In this document: one piece after another, positions 51,494 through 62,184 of the stretch
Numbering within the stretch: the stretch's first letter is position 1
How the letters are laid out: each line of letters begins with the position of its first letter
Assembly: GCA_963823665.1 (NCBI GenBank)
Contig: CAWGMQ010000004.1
Coordinates: forward strand, 2,432,001 to 2,496,000
Reading direction: 5' to 3'
DNA: 64,000 nt
Source: an uncultured Planctomycetota bacterium
Lineage (GTDB): Bacteria; Planctomycetota; Planctomycetia; Isosphaerales; Isosphaeraceae
Notes under the pieces: model-generated
Told to the model about the DNA's origin: nothing
What the model saw: the letters and a program-made list of their open reading frames with translations, nothing else
The model's database searches: none
Position numbers and translations under genes: made by a program

Positions 51494-54400
51494 TCACGTC
51501 GATAGAGTGGGCCGCCGACGAACCAGTTCAGCAAATCGACGGCGCTCTGGATGCAGCACGCCAATCCGCACCGCACTCCCAGCCGCTGACTTGGTCGATG
51601 AGCTCCTCGAGACAGATACCTGCGCCCGGGTCGACGTTTGTGCTCTCGCCATCGCCGGCCCCTGCCGGATGGCAGCAGCCGTGTCGGAGACCCGCGCGAG
51701 CGTTACCGGCGGCGGGCCGATCGGCAGTCCTGGCGAGAACGGATAGCGCTGGATCTCGAACGGCGGGTCCTTCATTGTGACCAGCACGTCTCCGAATTGA
51801 CCCAGACCGTAAACCGAGTAGCCCAGGTAGGCCCGCCCGGTGCCGTGTTTGCCTTGCTTGACGGTGCCGGTAAGAACCGTATGATGCCGCACCTCGCCGA
51901 CCAGCACCAGCCGCTGGCCCTGGCCTGACTCGGTGAGCAGGTCTTCAACGTAACCGCCATGCTCCACGCCGAAGCTGACCTTGTTTCCCCCGGCATCCTT
52001 GTAACTCAGATGTTTGCCCTGGGCGAAGAGCGCCCTGAAATTGGTGCCCGGGTGGCCCGCTCCCAGGCCGGCGAGCAGGTTGCCGCCGACGTCCGTGACT
52101 CCGCCCGCGGTGCCCTTGATCAGCAGGCTGTAAAACACATTCGACAACAGCGGCTGCATAGGAACCAGCGTCACTGTCCAGTTCACCGGATTATAAGCAG
52201 GCGCATAGAGAGCCTGTTGCGGACCCGTCGCGCTGAACGTTCCCTGGTGGCCCACGAGCGCCACTGCAAAGTTGGCCGGGTTGGTCGCGGTGGCCGCTGC
52301 AAGCGGCTCGCTGAAGCTCAGGATGAGGCTCGTGATCGTTTTCGCCGTGCCGGTCCATTGCACGGCCGTGACAGTGGGCGAGTTGGTGTTCGGGTTGAGG
52401 TCTTTGATCGTCAGGATCGCGCTGCTAAGTGCGCCCAGAAGCGCGCCATCCCCCGGACCGGCGAGCGCCAGGCCGACTGTCTCGTCGTGGCTGTCGTATG
52501 GATCGTCCAGCACCGGGACTGAAACGGTCTCCTGCGCGACGCCCGCCGGGAAGACGACCGTCTCCGCGGTCGGCGTGTAATCGAGGCCGGCAGTCGCAGT
52601 CATCGGCACCGTCGTGAAATTGACGGAGACCTGCCCAAGCTGGCCATCCGACCTGACGACCTCAATGTCGGCGAACCCCGCGTTGTCGTCAACCTCGTAG
52701 TTGGGCGCACTGAACTGCAAATCGCCCGGCCGGTCAGTGACGGTCGACGTCACTGTTGCAGTCGCCTGGCTCGGCGTTCCGTTAAATTCGTTGGCGGTGA
52801 CGCTCATCGTGGAAGTGAGCTCACCGATCGCTGCTTGCTGGGGCGTGACCACGATGGTGACGTTCACACTTGCCCCGACCGCCAGGCTGCCGATGTCGGC
52901 CCGCAGGTCTGGTCCCGATTGATTCACCGGCCCGCTGACACCCGATGAGCCCGGCTGCAAAACCCAGTTCCCCGACACAAAATCGACATCAGAGGCCAGT
53001 GGGAAAGCGAGAGTCACTCCGGTGGCCGGCGACGGACCGTTGTTGGTGATGACCGCTCTGTAGGTCAGCTCGTCAGCGAATTCGACGGGATCTGGCGACG
53101 CTGTGAATTGAGTAATCGCGAGGTCGGCCATGGGAAGGATCGGCGTCGAGACCATCGCGGTGTTGGAGCTTGCGTTGAACTCGTTGGTCGTGACGACCGC
53201 CATGTTGACGATTGGCGAGTCGGCCACTGCCGATTCAGTCGAAACGACGGTGATCGTCAGTATTGCTGAGGTATTGATGGTCAAGGTGCCGAATGTCGCG
53301 GTCACCTGTCCGTTTTGAATCGACGCGTTCAGCCCGGCCACCGACGTGGTGGCTATCACGTTCGAGGTTATGTCCGGCGGCAGCGTATCGGTCACGATGA
53401 CCCCGGTGGCAATTGAAGGGCCGCTGTTCTTTGCAGTGATCGTGTACGTCAGATTCTTGCCGACGTAATTCGGGCCGGGCGGGCCCGTCATTTGAAGCCC
53501 GACGCCGGTCACTGCCGTGACCGTGGTCTCCACCGAGGCCGAATTGTCAGGGTTGTCATTCGACGGAGAGCTGATGGATGCGCTATTGGTTATTGTGCCC
53601 GTGCCGCTCCCCGCGGCGGCCGCGGTCGGCGTCACGACGATGGTGATGGTGGCCGTGGCGCTCGCCGGCAGGTTGGCGAGCGGCATCGTGAGAATACCGC
53701 CCGATGGAGTCGCGCCGCCCGTGGCCGACACGAAGGACACGTTTGCCGGCAGCTCGTCGGTCACGACCGCGGCCGGGTCGGCCGACGGCCCGCTGTTGGT
53801 CGCCTTAATCGTGTAGGTCAGATTACTGCCCGCGCCGACCGAATCGGGGTTGCCCGACATCGTGATCGAAAGGTCGGTCACCGGGGCCACCGGCACCGAG
53901 TTCATCACGGTGTTCGGGTTCGGGTTGTACTCGTTGTCGGTCACGGTCACGCTGTCGACGAGCGGCGAGTCGGATACCGCGGCAAGCGTGGGCACGACCG
54001 TGATGGTCATGCTGACACTGTCGCTCTGGTCAAGCTCGCCGAAGCTTGCGTTGACCTGGCCGCCGGATACGCTCGCCGTCACCCCCGACACCGACGTGGT
54101 GGCGATCACGTCAGAGGTGATGTCTGCCGGCAGCGCATCGGTCAAGACCACGCCGGTCGCGTTCGACGGACCGTCGTTGGTGGCCGTGACGGTAAAGGTC
54201 AGGTTCTGCCCGACCTGGGCCAGGGTCGGAACCGCGCTTAACTGCAAGCCGATGGCGGTCACCTCGAAGACCATCGTGGTCGTCGAGGCCGAATTGTCCA
54301 GGTTGGCGTTGTACATCCCGGTGATGACCGCGCTGTTTGTGATCGTGCCGGTTCCGGAGCCGGCCGCCGCCGCGGTGGGCGACACGACGATGGTGACGGT

Positions 54401-57400
54401 CGTGGTGTCGTTGGCCGCCAGCGTGCCGAGGGGCAAGGTCAGCACGTCACCGGACGGAGTCACGCCGTTTGTGGCCGACACAAAGGTCACATTTGCAGGC
54501 AGCGTGTCGGTCACGACCGCGTCCGGGTCGGGCGACGGGCCGCTGTTGGTCGCCTGAATTGTGTACGTCAGCTCGCTGCCGGCGCCGACCGGGTCGGGCG
54601 TGCCCGACATCGTGATCGAGAGGTTGCTCACCGGCACGGGCTGAACCGTCGTCATCACCGGGGGCGGCGTGTTGTTGCTCGGGTCAGGATCGTACGTGCT
54701 GCTGGAAACCGTCGCGCTGTCGCTGATCTGGGGGATCGACGAGGTGTCGGTCTCGACCGTGATCGAAACGGTCGCGGTCGCGCCCGCGGCCAGCGTGCCC
54801 AGGTCGGCCGTGACCTGGCCGCCGGAAATGGTCGCCGTCACACCCGGCACCGACGTGGTTACCGTCACGTTCGACGTGATGTTCTGCGGTAGCGTGTCGG
54901 TCACGTCGACGTCGGCCGCGTCCGACGGGCCGGCGTTGGTCGCCGTTAACAAGTATGTGACAGTATTACCGGCGATCACGGCGTCCGGGCTTCCGCTCAA
55001 GGTCAGGCCAAGGTCGGCAGAGGGATCCACCAGGGTCGTCACTGAGTCGGTGCTGTTGCCCGGGTTCGGATCAAAGTCAGCACTCGTGACGCTCGCCATG
55101 TCAGTGATTTGTGGGATGGCGCTATCCGTCGGAACGACGGTGATGGTGAGCGTGGCGAAGGTGTTACCCCTCATCGTGCCGAAATCGGCGGTCACCACGT
55201 CGCCGTCGATGCTGGGCGTCACGTTTGGATCCGACGCGACTGCTGTCACGTTCGAGCTGATGCTCTGCGGCAGCGTGTCCGTCACGTTCACACCGGTGGC
55301 ACCTTCTGACCCGATATCCGTGACCGTCACGGTGTACGTCAAAGTGCCGCCGACATAGACTGAGGGAGTCGGCGAGGCGGTGACCTGTACGGCGACGTCG
55401 GCACTCGGCACCGCAACGATGTCCTGCGAAAACTCGGACGTATTGCCCAGGGGGTCGGTCGCGGTGGCCGAGATCACCCAGCCGGCCGGCGTGGGGGTGT
55501 TCAGCACGGTGTCGAAGCTCGCGTTGTAGTCGGCCCCGGTCGTAACGGTCGTGCTGCCGAGGTACTTCTGGCCCTGGCCGTATCCCGAAGGGTCGGCGGT
55601 GGCACTTGCAAAAAACTGCACGAGATAGGTCGTGCTGGCCGAGGCGTTCAAGGTGCCGATGACCTCGGTCGTCGTTGCCGTATACGCCGCCTGGGTCAGA
55701 ACCGGATAGTTCTGGAAATCGTTGTTTTGAGGGAGTGTGAATCCTTGTTCGTCGAGATGGTTCGGAGTTGGTCCGCCAGGCCCCGGTGGGGCACCTAACA
55801 GGGAGATCCCCAGGCTGCCGTTGTCGTAGATCGAGTTCGAGAGGAAGGAATTGTGATCGTTGTTGGAAACGACCACGATCCCTTGGTTCACGTTGTTGGT
55901 GATCACGTTGCCGGCCCCTTGGGCTGTGCCGCCGATCGTGATGTTGCTTGCCACGAGATCCACGCCGTTACTCTTATTGCCGAGGTCGTCGCCAGCCGAG
56001 TCGGTGCCGATATAGTTGCCCAGAACGACCAATCCATCGGCCTCGCCGGAGTACTCAGCGATTCCGTCTTGGTCGTTGGCCGAGATCACGTTCGCCGCGC
56101 TTGCGACCGTGCCGCCGACCGTGCTATCGCCCGGGACACTGATGCCGCTGCCCACGTTCGGCAGTGGATTCCTACCGGTGACGTCCACCCCAATCAGGTT
56201 GCCTTCCATCAGCTCGCCCACCGTCTTACCCGTTAGGCTATCGATCCCGGTTCCGTTGTTGCCCGAGATCACGTTTCCCGCGCCGCTGACGGTCCCCCCG
56301 ACAGTCGCATACGACGCACCGAAAAACTGAACGCCGGAATAGTTGCCAAGCGCGATCTTGCCGGTCACATCGGTGCCGCAGTAGTTGCCTTCGACGAGAT
56401 CGCCGATGCCGTTGCCCAGCGCGACGCCCGATTCAACATTGCCCGAGACGATATTTCGTGCCGCCGCCGCCGTGCCGCCGATCGTAATGTCGTCGGCACC
56501 ATCCAGCAAGACACCGTTAATGCCGTTGCCGAGGATGCTCGTAGCTCCCGTCGCAAGGCCGATGATGTTGCCCTCGATCAGCCCCCCCGTATCGTAGGTC
56601 GGGGCGGCAAACCGCCCCAGGTTGATGCCGTTCTGCAAATTGCCGGAGATCAGATTGGCCGAGCCTTTCACGGTCCCCCCGATCGTCATCCCGGTTGCAC
56701 CTAAGGCCTGGATTCCGTCCTGGACGTTCGGCACTGCCGCGGTGCCCGCCAGATTCGTGCCGATCGTGCTCGACTGAATGACTGTGTTGCTTGTCCCCGG
56801 GTCGAGCAGGACGCCGCAGATGGAGTTGCCAGAAATCAGGTCGCCGGTGATCGTCGTGCCCGTCACCCCGCCCAGATGGATTCCATTCAAGGTGTTGGGA
56901 ATCGCGACGGTCCCAGTGGAGTCGGTGCCGATCAGGTTATTCGCGATCAGATTGGTCGAAGAGGGCCCGTTGACCTGCTGAATCAGGATCCCTTCGCCGG
57001 TGTTGCCCGAGATCACGTTGCCGCTGATCGTGTTCTGCGATGCATCATCCAGCAGCAACCCGTCTTGCCCGTTGCCCAGCGCAGCGCTCCCGCTCGCTTT
57101 GATTCCGATGTAATTCCCTTCGACCAGATTGCTGTCGGTTGCCTGGGCATCGCCGATCGCGATTCCCTCATTCGTATTGCCCGAAATGACGTTCCGCGCA
57201 GCGGCGGTCGAGCCCCCGATCGTATTGCTGGCTGACCCAAAGATCTCGATGCCCACCCCGTTGGCCTTGGCGTTCGCACCGTCGGCTGTCCCGACGTAAC
57301 AGCCCTGGATCACGTCGTTTCCGCTGCCGGTCACCAGAATCCCCACGCCCGGACAGCCGGAGACGGCCAGGCCTTGAATCGTGCTCGATGCCGCCGCGTC

Positions 57401-57769
57401 CCAGAAGATCCAGCCCGACGCCGGCACGCTCGAGCCGTTGATCGATATCAGCGGCACTCCCGAGTAACCGCTCTGACTCGTGCCGTCAATGTTCACCGAG
57501 TCGGTGATCTGAGGTAACGATGAGCCCAGCGTGATCGTGTGAACCCCAGTTCCGGAGATCGCGAAATCGATGGTGTCAGGGGTCGAGTCGCCGTTGACCT
57601 GGTTGATCGCCCACCGTAGCGAGCCCATGTTCGAATCGTCGTTTGTATCCGTCACCGTGTAAGTCGAAAGCAGCTCGCGAGGCTCGAGCCACTCCACGCG
57701 GAACCGGTTCTTCCGCGCGGCAACGGCGCGCTTTCCGAGACGGCGAGTCACGTTAGATGCCTTGGTCAT
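51494..57769 (-). CDS. Large secreted protein: beta-helix repeats, seven DUF11-like domains and Calx-beta
   Basis: LEPRELLS N-terminus, GSLRWAI, repeated N.ISGN/GNYIGTD, seven DL.....PDPV.vG..LTYT..a.N.GP units, then LQFSAPNY...TATAGLDY. Confidence 0.9.
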   Translation of the reverse strand: MTKASNVTRRLGKRAVAARKNRFRVEWLEPRELLSTYTVTDTNDDSNMGSLRWAINQVNGDSTPDTIDFAISGTGVHTITLGSSLPQITDSVNIDGTSQSGYSGVPLISINGSSVPASGWIFWDAAASSTIQGLAVSGCPGVGILVTGSGNDVIQGCYVGTADGANAKANGVGIEIFGSASNTIGGSTAAARNVISGNTNEGIAIGDAQATDSNLVEGNYIGIKASGSAALGNGQDGLLLDDASQNTISGNVISGNTGEGILIQQVNGPSSTNLIANNLIGTDSTGTVAIPNTLNGIHLGGVTGTTITGDLISGNSICGVLLDPGTSNTVIQSSTIGTNLAGTAAVPNVQDGIQALGATGMTIGGTVKGSANLISGNLQNGINLGRFAAPTYDTGGLIEGNIIGLATGATSILGNGINGVLLDGADDITIGGTAAAARNIVSGNVESGVALGNGIGDLVEGNYCGTDVTGKIALGNYSGVQFFGASYATVGGTVSGAGNVISGNNGTGIDSLTGKTVGELMEGNLIGVDVTGRNPLPNVGSGISVPGDSTVGGTVASAANVISANDQDGIAEYSGEADGLVVLGNYIGTDSAGDDLGNKSNGVDLVASNITIGGTAQGAGNVITNNVNQGIVVVSNNDHNSFLSNSIYDNGSLGISLLGAPPGPGGPTPNHLDEQGFTLPQNNDFQNYPVLTQAAYTATTTEVIGTLNASASTTYLVQFFASATADPSGYGQGQKYLGSTTVTTGADYNASFDTVLNTPTPAGWVISATATDPLGNTSEFSQDIVAVPSADVAVQVTASPTPSVYVGGTLTYTVTVTDIGSEGATGVNVTDTLPQSISSNVTAVASDPNVTPSIDGDVVTADFGTMRGNTFATLTITVVPTDSAIPQITDMASVTSADFDPNPGNSTDSVTTLVDPSADLGLTLSGSPDAVIAGNTVTYLLTATNAGPSDAADVDVTDTLPQNITSNVTVTTSVPGVTATISGGQVTADLGTLAAGATATVSITVETDTSSIPQISDSATVSSSTYDPDPSNNTPPPVMTTVQPVPVSNLSITMSGTPDPVGAGSELTYTIQATNSGPSPDPDAVVTDTLPANVTFVSATNGVTPSGDVLTLPLGTLAANDTTTVTIVVSPTAAAAGSGTGTITNSAVITGMYNANLDNSASTTTMVFEVTAIGLQLSAVPTLAQVGQNLTFTVTATNDGPSNATGVVLTDALPADITSDVIATTSVSGVTASVSGGQVNASFGELDQSDSVSMTITVVPTLAAVSDSPLVDSVTVTDNEYNPNPNTVMNSVPVAPVTDLSITMSGNPDSVGAGSNLTYTIKATNSGPSADPAAVVTDELPANVSFVSATGGATPSGGILTMPLANLPASATATITIVVTPTAAAAGSGTGTITNSASISSPSNDNPDNSASVETTVTAVTGVGLQMTGPPGPNYVGKNLTYTITAKNSGPSIATGVIVTDTLPPDITSNVIATTSVAGLNASIQNGQVTATFGTLTINTSAILTITVVSTESAVADSPIVNMAVVTTNEFNASSNTAMVSTPILPMADLAITQFTASPDPVEFADELTYRAVITNNGPSPATGVTLAFPLASDVDFVSGNWVLQPGSSGVSGPVNQSGPDLRADIGSLAVGASVNVTIVVTPQQAAIGELTSTMSVTANEFNGTPSQATATVTSTVTDRPGDLQFSAPNYEVDDNAGFADIEVVRSDGQLGQVSVNFTTVPMTATAGLDYTPTAETVVFPAGVAQETVSVPVLDDPYDSHDETVGLALAGPGDGALLGALSSAILTIKDLNPNTNSPTVTAVQWTGTAKTITSLILSFSEPLAAATATNPANFAVALVGHQGTFSATGPQQALYAPAYNPVNWTVTLVPMQPLLSNVFYSLLIKGTAGGVTDVGGNLLAGLGAGHPGTNFRALFAQGKHLSYKDAGGNKVSFGVEHGGYVEDLLTESGQGQRLVLVGEVRHHTVLTGTVKQGKHGTGRAYLGYSVYGLGQFGDVLVTMKDPPFEIQRYPFSPGLPIGPPPVTLARVSDTAAAIRQGPAMARAQTSTRAQVSVSRSSSTKSAAGSAVRIGVLHPERRRFAELVRRRPTLST

Positions 57770-58057
57770 GGCATTTCCTCGTGTTGACAATCCACACGAT
57801 GCAATAATCAAGTCTCGCGCAACGAGAATCTGACACCTCGCTATGGTATAGGCGCCGCCATCACCGCATTCAGGGCGCTGCCGTTTGCGATTCTTTGCCA
57901 ATGAAGTCCGGATCGGCGAGATTCCCTCGCCTCCGACAAACGTCGAACGACCAGCGATCGATGCCCATTGAAATTATCGAAGGGACATGCCTGCGTGAAG
58001 TGATTGATGCCGGGCATAGGCAGCCGCGTTCGAGTCTGGGCCGATTCCCGCGTTTTG

Positions 58058-58669
58058 TCACACGAAGTCGAGGTACTCCAGCAGCGTCCACACGAGGCCG
58101 ATCAGGATCCAGCACGCGCCGACGATTCGGCCCGTGAAGTCGATCCAATCAACCGACCTCCGCCACCGGTCGCTGAAAATTTGAACACCCCAGACGGCTG
58201 CCACGGCCAGACCGACGTACATGAAGACCTCATTGGCAAGGTACTTCTGCGCCCAGAGATCCGCGGTCTTGGTCTGCATCGGCCGGGCAACTCTCGCAAG
58301 GTTCGTGGCCACCAAAAGCACCGGGATGGTCCAGCAGAACCCTAACAGCGCGGCCAGGCAGGCCGCCATCCCGGGCTGGCGCCAGATTCGCCGCCAACTT
58401 GGCCGCGGCGCCCGCATCCTCAGCACGACGAGCAACAGCGTCCAGGGCCCGACCACCGGCAACAGTATGGACGTGATGGCCGATACCGTGCCGATGACGT
58501 CCCTCGTGGACCAGGATTGTATGTCTGGAACTCCCAAATCAGTGATCCATATCCAGCCCATGAATAAATTGCGGTGAAACAGCTCGAATGATCCCAGCCC
58601 GATCGCCGCCGAGCCGACCAGCAGGATGGTGTCGAGCAAGGTCATGGGCTTCGGAGGGAAGGGCGGCAT
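58058..58669 (-). CDS. Hypothetical membrane protein
   Basis: ~5 TM segments with RQPGMAACLA and DWIDFTGR motifs. Confidence 0.7.
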   Translation of the reverse strand: MPPFPPKPMTLLDTILLVGSAAIGLGSFELFHRNLFMGWIWITDLGVPDIQSWSTRDVIGTVSAITSILLPVVGPWTLLLVVLRMRAPRPSWRRIWRQPGMAACLAALLGFCWTIPVLLVATNLARVARPMQTKTADLWAQKYLANEVFMYVGLAVAAVWGVQIFSDRWRRSVDWIDFTGRIVGACWILIGLVWTLLEYLDFV

Positions 58670-58679
58670 GATCGTCTCC

Positions 58680-58964
58680 CTACTTCGAGTCAGCTTTAGC
58701 TCGCTCACCGTCCGCTCGCACCGGTCCGGGCGGCAGGTTCTCTGTCAGATATCGAGTCATCAGCTCGCGGAGGTGCGGCGTCGTATTGTGGCCTTCGTAA
58801 ATCCCGTGCGACCGATTGGGGTATGCCATCATCGTGAACGGTTAGTTGTACCGGATCAGCTTATTGATCAAGGCTTCGGTTCCCTGGTAATGGCAGTTGT
58901 CGTCTCCCGTTCCATGGATCAAGAGCAGGTTTCCTTTGAGCTGATTGGCAAAGTTGACCGGCGA
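58680..58964 (-). pseudogene. C-terminal fragment of an S9B/dipeptidyl-peptidase IV-like gene
   Basis: Manual translation SPVNFANQLKGNLLLIHGTGDDNCHYQGTEALINKLIRYN*PFTMMAYPNRSHGIYEG. In-frame stop at 58842-58844; no upstream GWSYG region. Confidence 0.8.
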
Positions 58965-59205
58965 TCTACCGGCCCGTCTACACGGGCAGCGGCACGATCA
59001 CCCTCGAGTCATCTCTGGGAGGCTTTCACGTCCTGGAGCTCGATCACGAGGCATGGATCCTCGAGCGCGGTGCCTACTGGGCGGCTATACCCTCGCTTTC
59101 CGAGTAGTTCGACCTTCGCCGAAAGCGCGTAAACGCGGGAAATATACCCGCGTCCCGTTCGACATAAAACGTTTTGTATCAGATACTTATGTTGTCCAAA
59201 GTAAC

Positions 59206-59231
59206 GGCGGCGGGAATTGCACCCGCGTCTC
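59206..59231 (-). other. att-like site 2 (26-bp perfect direct repeat of 51113-51138)
   Basis: ggcggcgggaattgcacccgcgtctc occurs at both positions. Confidence 0.85.
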
Positions 59232-59642
59232 ATATGACGCAACTACTGATTCGCTATACAGTTACAGAAAGTGCCCATTGGGCTGGTCGGAACATGGCCG
59301 GGAGGACAAGGCACTCCGTGAGCTTGTCGCCGTTTGGCATGGCCTGACGCCGGAGGTCAGGCACACGATCATGGAATTAGCGCGGTCTTGCCGACCAACT
59401 AAGTGAGTGAGTGAATAGCTCGTGCTGCGACCGCCGGCCGCACCCTCTTGCGAGGCCCGGATTTTGAGTCAGGTACTTCTGCCAAACACGTGGTATTGGA
59501 AACACGTTGGGGTGATACTTAAAGGCTTTATGTTCAAGGTGGTTACGATGTCGCCCTGACGCAGGCGCATCGCAGTGGCGTCGCTCTGATATTAAGTTGG
59601 CTGTTTGAGACGCTCCTCACCGGGCTCCAGAGAATACGAATG

Positions 59643-62125
59643 TCACTTGGAGTCGCGAGTTCGTTGCGCCGGTGCTTGCCCGGATGCCAGACCGACGATC
59701 TTGTCCTGGAGACCCGCGACTTTCATTCGCGCGGCCGTGTTCCGGGGGTCGAGATGTAACGCGGTAGAGGCCGCGACCAGCGCGTTTCGCGTCGCCGCTT
59801 CGATGGTGGGAAAGTCGTTGACTTTCCAGGCGTTTTTCGCTTCCTGCTCGAAGGCTTCGGACAGCACCACGTGGAACGCCGCTTCGTTGGGATCTCTTCG
59901 TGCCAGCATCTTCCCGAAGGCTAAGAGAGATGCGGCGGTCCAGCGCGCATCGTCCAGGCGGCCAGCCTTTCGTTGCTCGAAGGCCCGATCGACAGCAATG
60001 CCGCACACCTGCATCTGCCGCGGCGGGAAGCAAGGCGGGGTAAACACCCAGCGCCTCACATCTTGAATCGAGCGCCAGGACGACCGCACGGGCGTGGACG
60101 TCCGGGTCCAGGCGCCCCTGCGGTTTGCCGGTGGACTTCGGGTCGGACGGATACGGCTGGATGTCGCGGGCAATCCACACCGCCAGTCTTTCTGCCAGCC
60201 GTTCGCGGGAGCCGTCTATCTGCCGGAAATCTCTCCATCGCGGCGCGGATCTTCGCGCTCGCGCTTTGATCGGGGGCCACGCTCACTCGCGCGAGCGCGG
60301 CGAGGAGTCCGATCGCAGGATCGGCCCCGGCACGCTCGCTCAACCGCTCGAGCATGCCGATGTGCGACTCCAGCAACCTCCGCCGCGATTCGTCTTGGCC
60401 CCGACGACCGAACAGCCCGGCGATCGATTCGTCGCACTTCGTCGATCGAAAGGATAACCTGCAAGTTTTGCGGTTCGTGGGCCAAGTCTTCCAGCGCATT
60501 CTCAGCGCGCTGGAGCCAGACCAGCGCCTCGTCGTATCGCTGCTGGTCCTCGGCGGCCCACGCGAGATCGATGAGACTACGCGCGTACGCCTGCTCGACA
60601 TCCGGGTCAAGGGCGCCGCTCCTCCGCTCCTCCAAAAGCTCCATGGCGTCCATGAGCAACTTGCGTGATTCGGCGTATTTACCCCGACGCCAGAAGTCCT
60701 TTGCCAGCTCACGTTCAAGGCCGCAGATCGCAACGAGGTTCGATGCGGCGACCCCTCGATCCTGTCGCAGTTTCGCCGTGAGATCGCGTACGACGCGCGA
60801 AGATTCGACGAGTCGTTCATACGCGAGCATTTGCGGCGCTTCCACGGTCGATGCCAGCAAGCCGACGAGATCGCGAACCGCTCCGGACGTGGCCTTGTCG
60901 CTCTCGATGGCACGGGCCAGGGCATTCTCGGCCCGCGACGCCGCGCTCGGTCTCGGAATGGCGCCAGAGTGTGAGCAAGCCCACGAGGCTCGACGCCACG
61001 GTGAGCGCGAGGACGGCCAGGAGCGAAGCGACCGCCGGCCGGCGCCGGCACCATCGACCGGCGTGTTCGAGCTTCGAGACCGGACGCGCCCGGATCGGAA
61101 ACCCATCAAGCCAGCGCTTCAGGTCGTCGGCGAGCGCCTCGGCCGAGGCGTACCGGCGCCGCGGGTCCTTTCGCAGGCAGGTCAGAGCGATCGTTTCGAG
61201 GTCACGCGGCAGGCCGGGCACCAGCGTCCTGGGCGGCGCGGGCTCGCGGGTGCGCACCAGGTCGAGCGTCTCGATCACCGACGCGGCCTGGAACGGAGGA
61301 CGCCCCGTCAAGAGGCTGTACAGGGTTGCCCCGAGGGCATAGACGTCGGATCGGGGACCGATCGTCGGCGCGGTCGCCGGCAATCTGTTCCGGAGCCATG
61401 AACGAAGGGGTACCCCGCACTCCGATCAGACCGGTGGCCGTCGCGCCCGGGTCGTCGCCCGCCCGGGCGATCCCGAAGTCCGCGAGCATCGGGGTGACCT
61501 GGTCCCATGGACCGTCGGCCGGGCCGTCGAGCAAGATGTTCGAGGGCTTGATGTCGAGGTGCAACATCCCGGCCTTGTGGATCTGGTCGACGGCCTGCGC
61601 GACCGCCACCATCAGCTCGACCGCGACACGTTCCGGCAAAGGGCCGGTGATGCGTTCCGCCAGGCTTCCTCCCGTGATCAGGTCGAGGACGAGGTAGAGA
61701 CAGCCGTCTTGTTCGCCCGCTTCGTGGAGCTGGACGACGTTGCGATGGCGAACTCGTCCGATCGCCCGGGCCTCGCGAAGCCAGCGCCGGCGATCCTCGG
61801 CCCCGATCCCAACGCTCGCGCTCACGACCTTGACGGCCACGCGACGGTCCAGTTGCGGCTGCCACGCCTGATAGACGACCCCCATTCCCCCTCGCCCAAT
61901 CTCGCGCTCGATCACGAAACCGGGGATCGTGGGAGGTTGTTCCGGCGGCGGCAGCCGTTCGGGCCCATGAATTTCGCACTCCGACGATTCAGCGGCCAAC
62001 CGTTCCAGGATGTCCTGGCAGGCGGAGCACGTCTCGACGTGGGCTTCCATCGCGGCATAGCGCGGACCGCTCAACCTGGCGTTTGCGAACTGGCCGATCG
62101 TCTCGGGTGAGGGGCATGAGGACAT
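59643..62125 (-). CDS. Ser/Thr protein kinase with N-terminal zinc-binding anti-sigma-like motif and helical C-terminus; several indels
   Basis: HVETCSAC, GRGGMGVVY, VAVK, HLDIKPSN, DFG, GTPSFMAPEQ and SDVYALG across ORFs 61202-62125, 60817-61383, 60216-61109 and 59643-60173. Confidence 0.85.
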
Positions 62126-62184
62126 GGGGCTCCCCGACGGCAGCGTAAAGGTTCAATCGATCTCGCGGATCGTCCGACTCTGGC

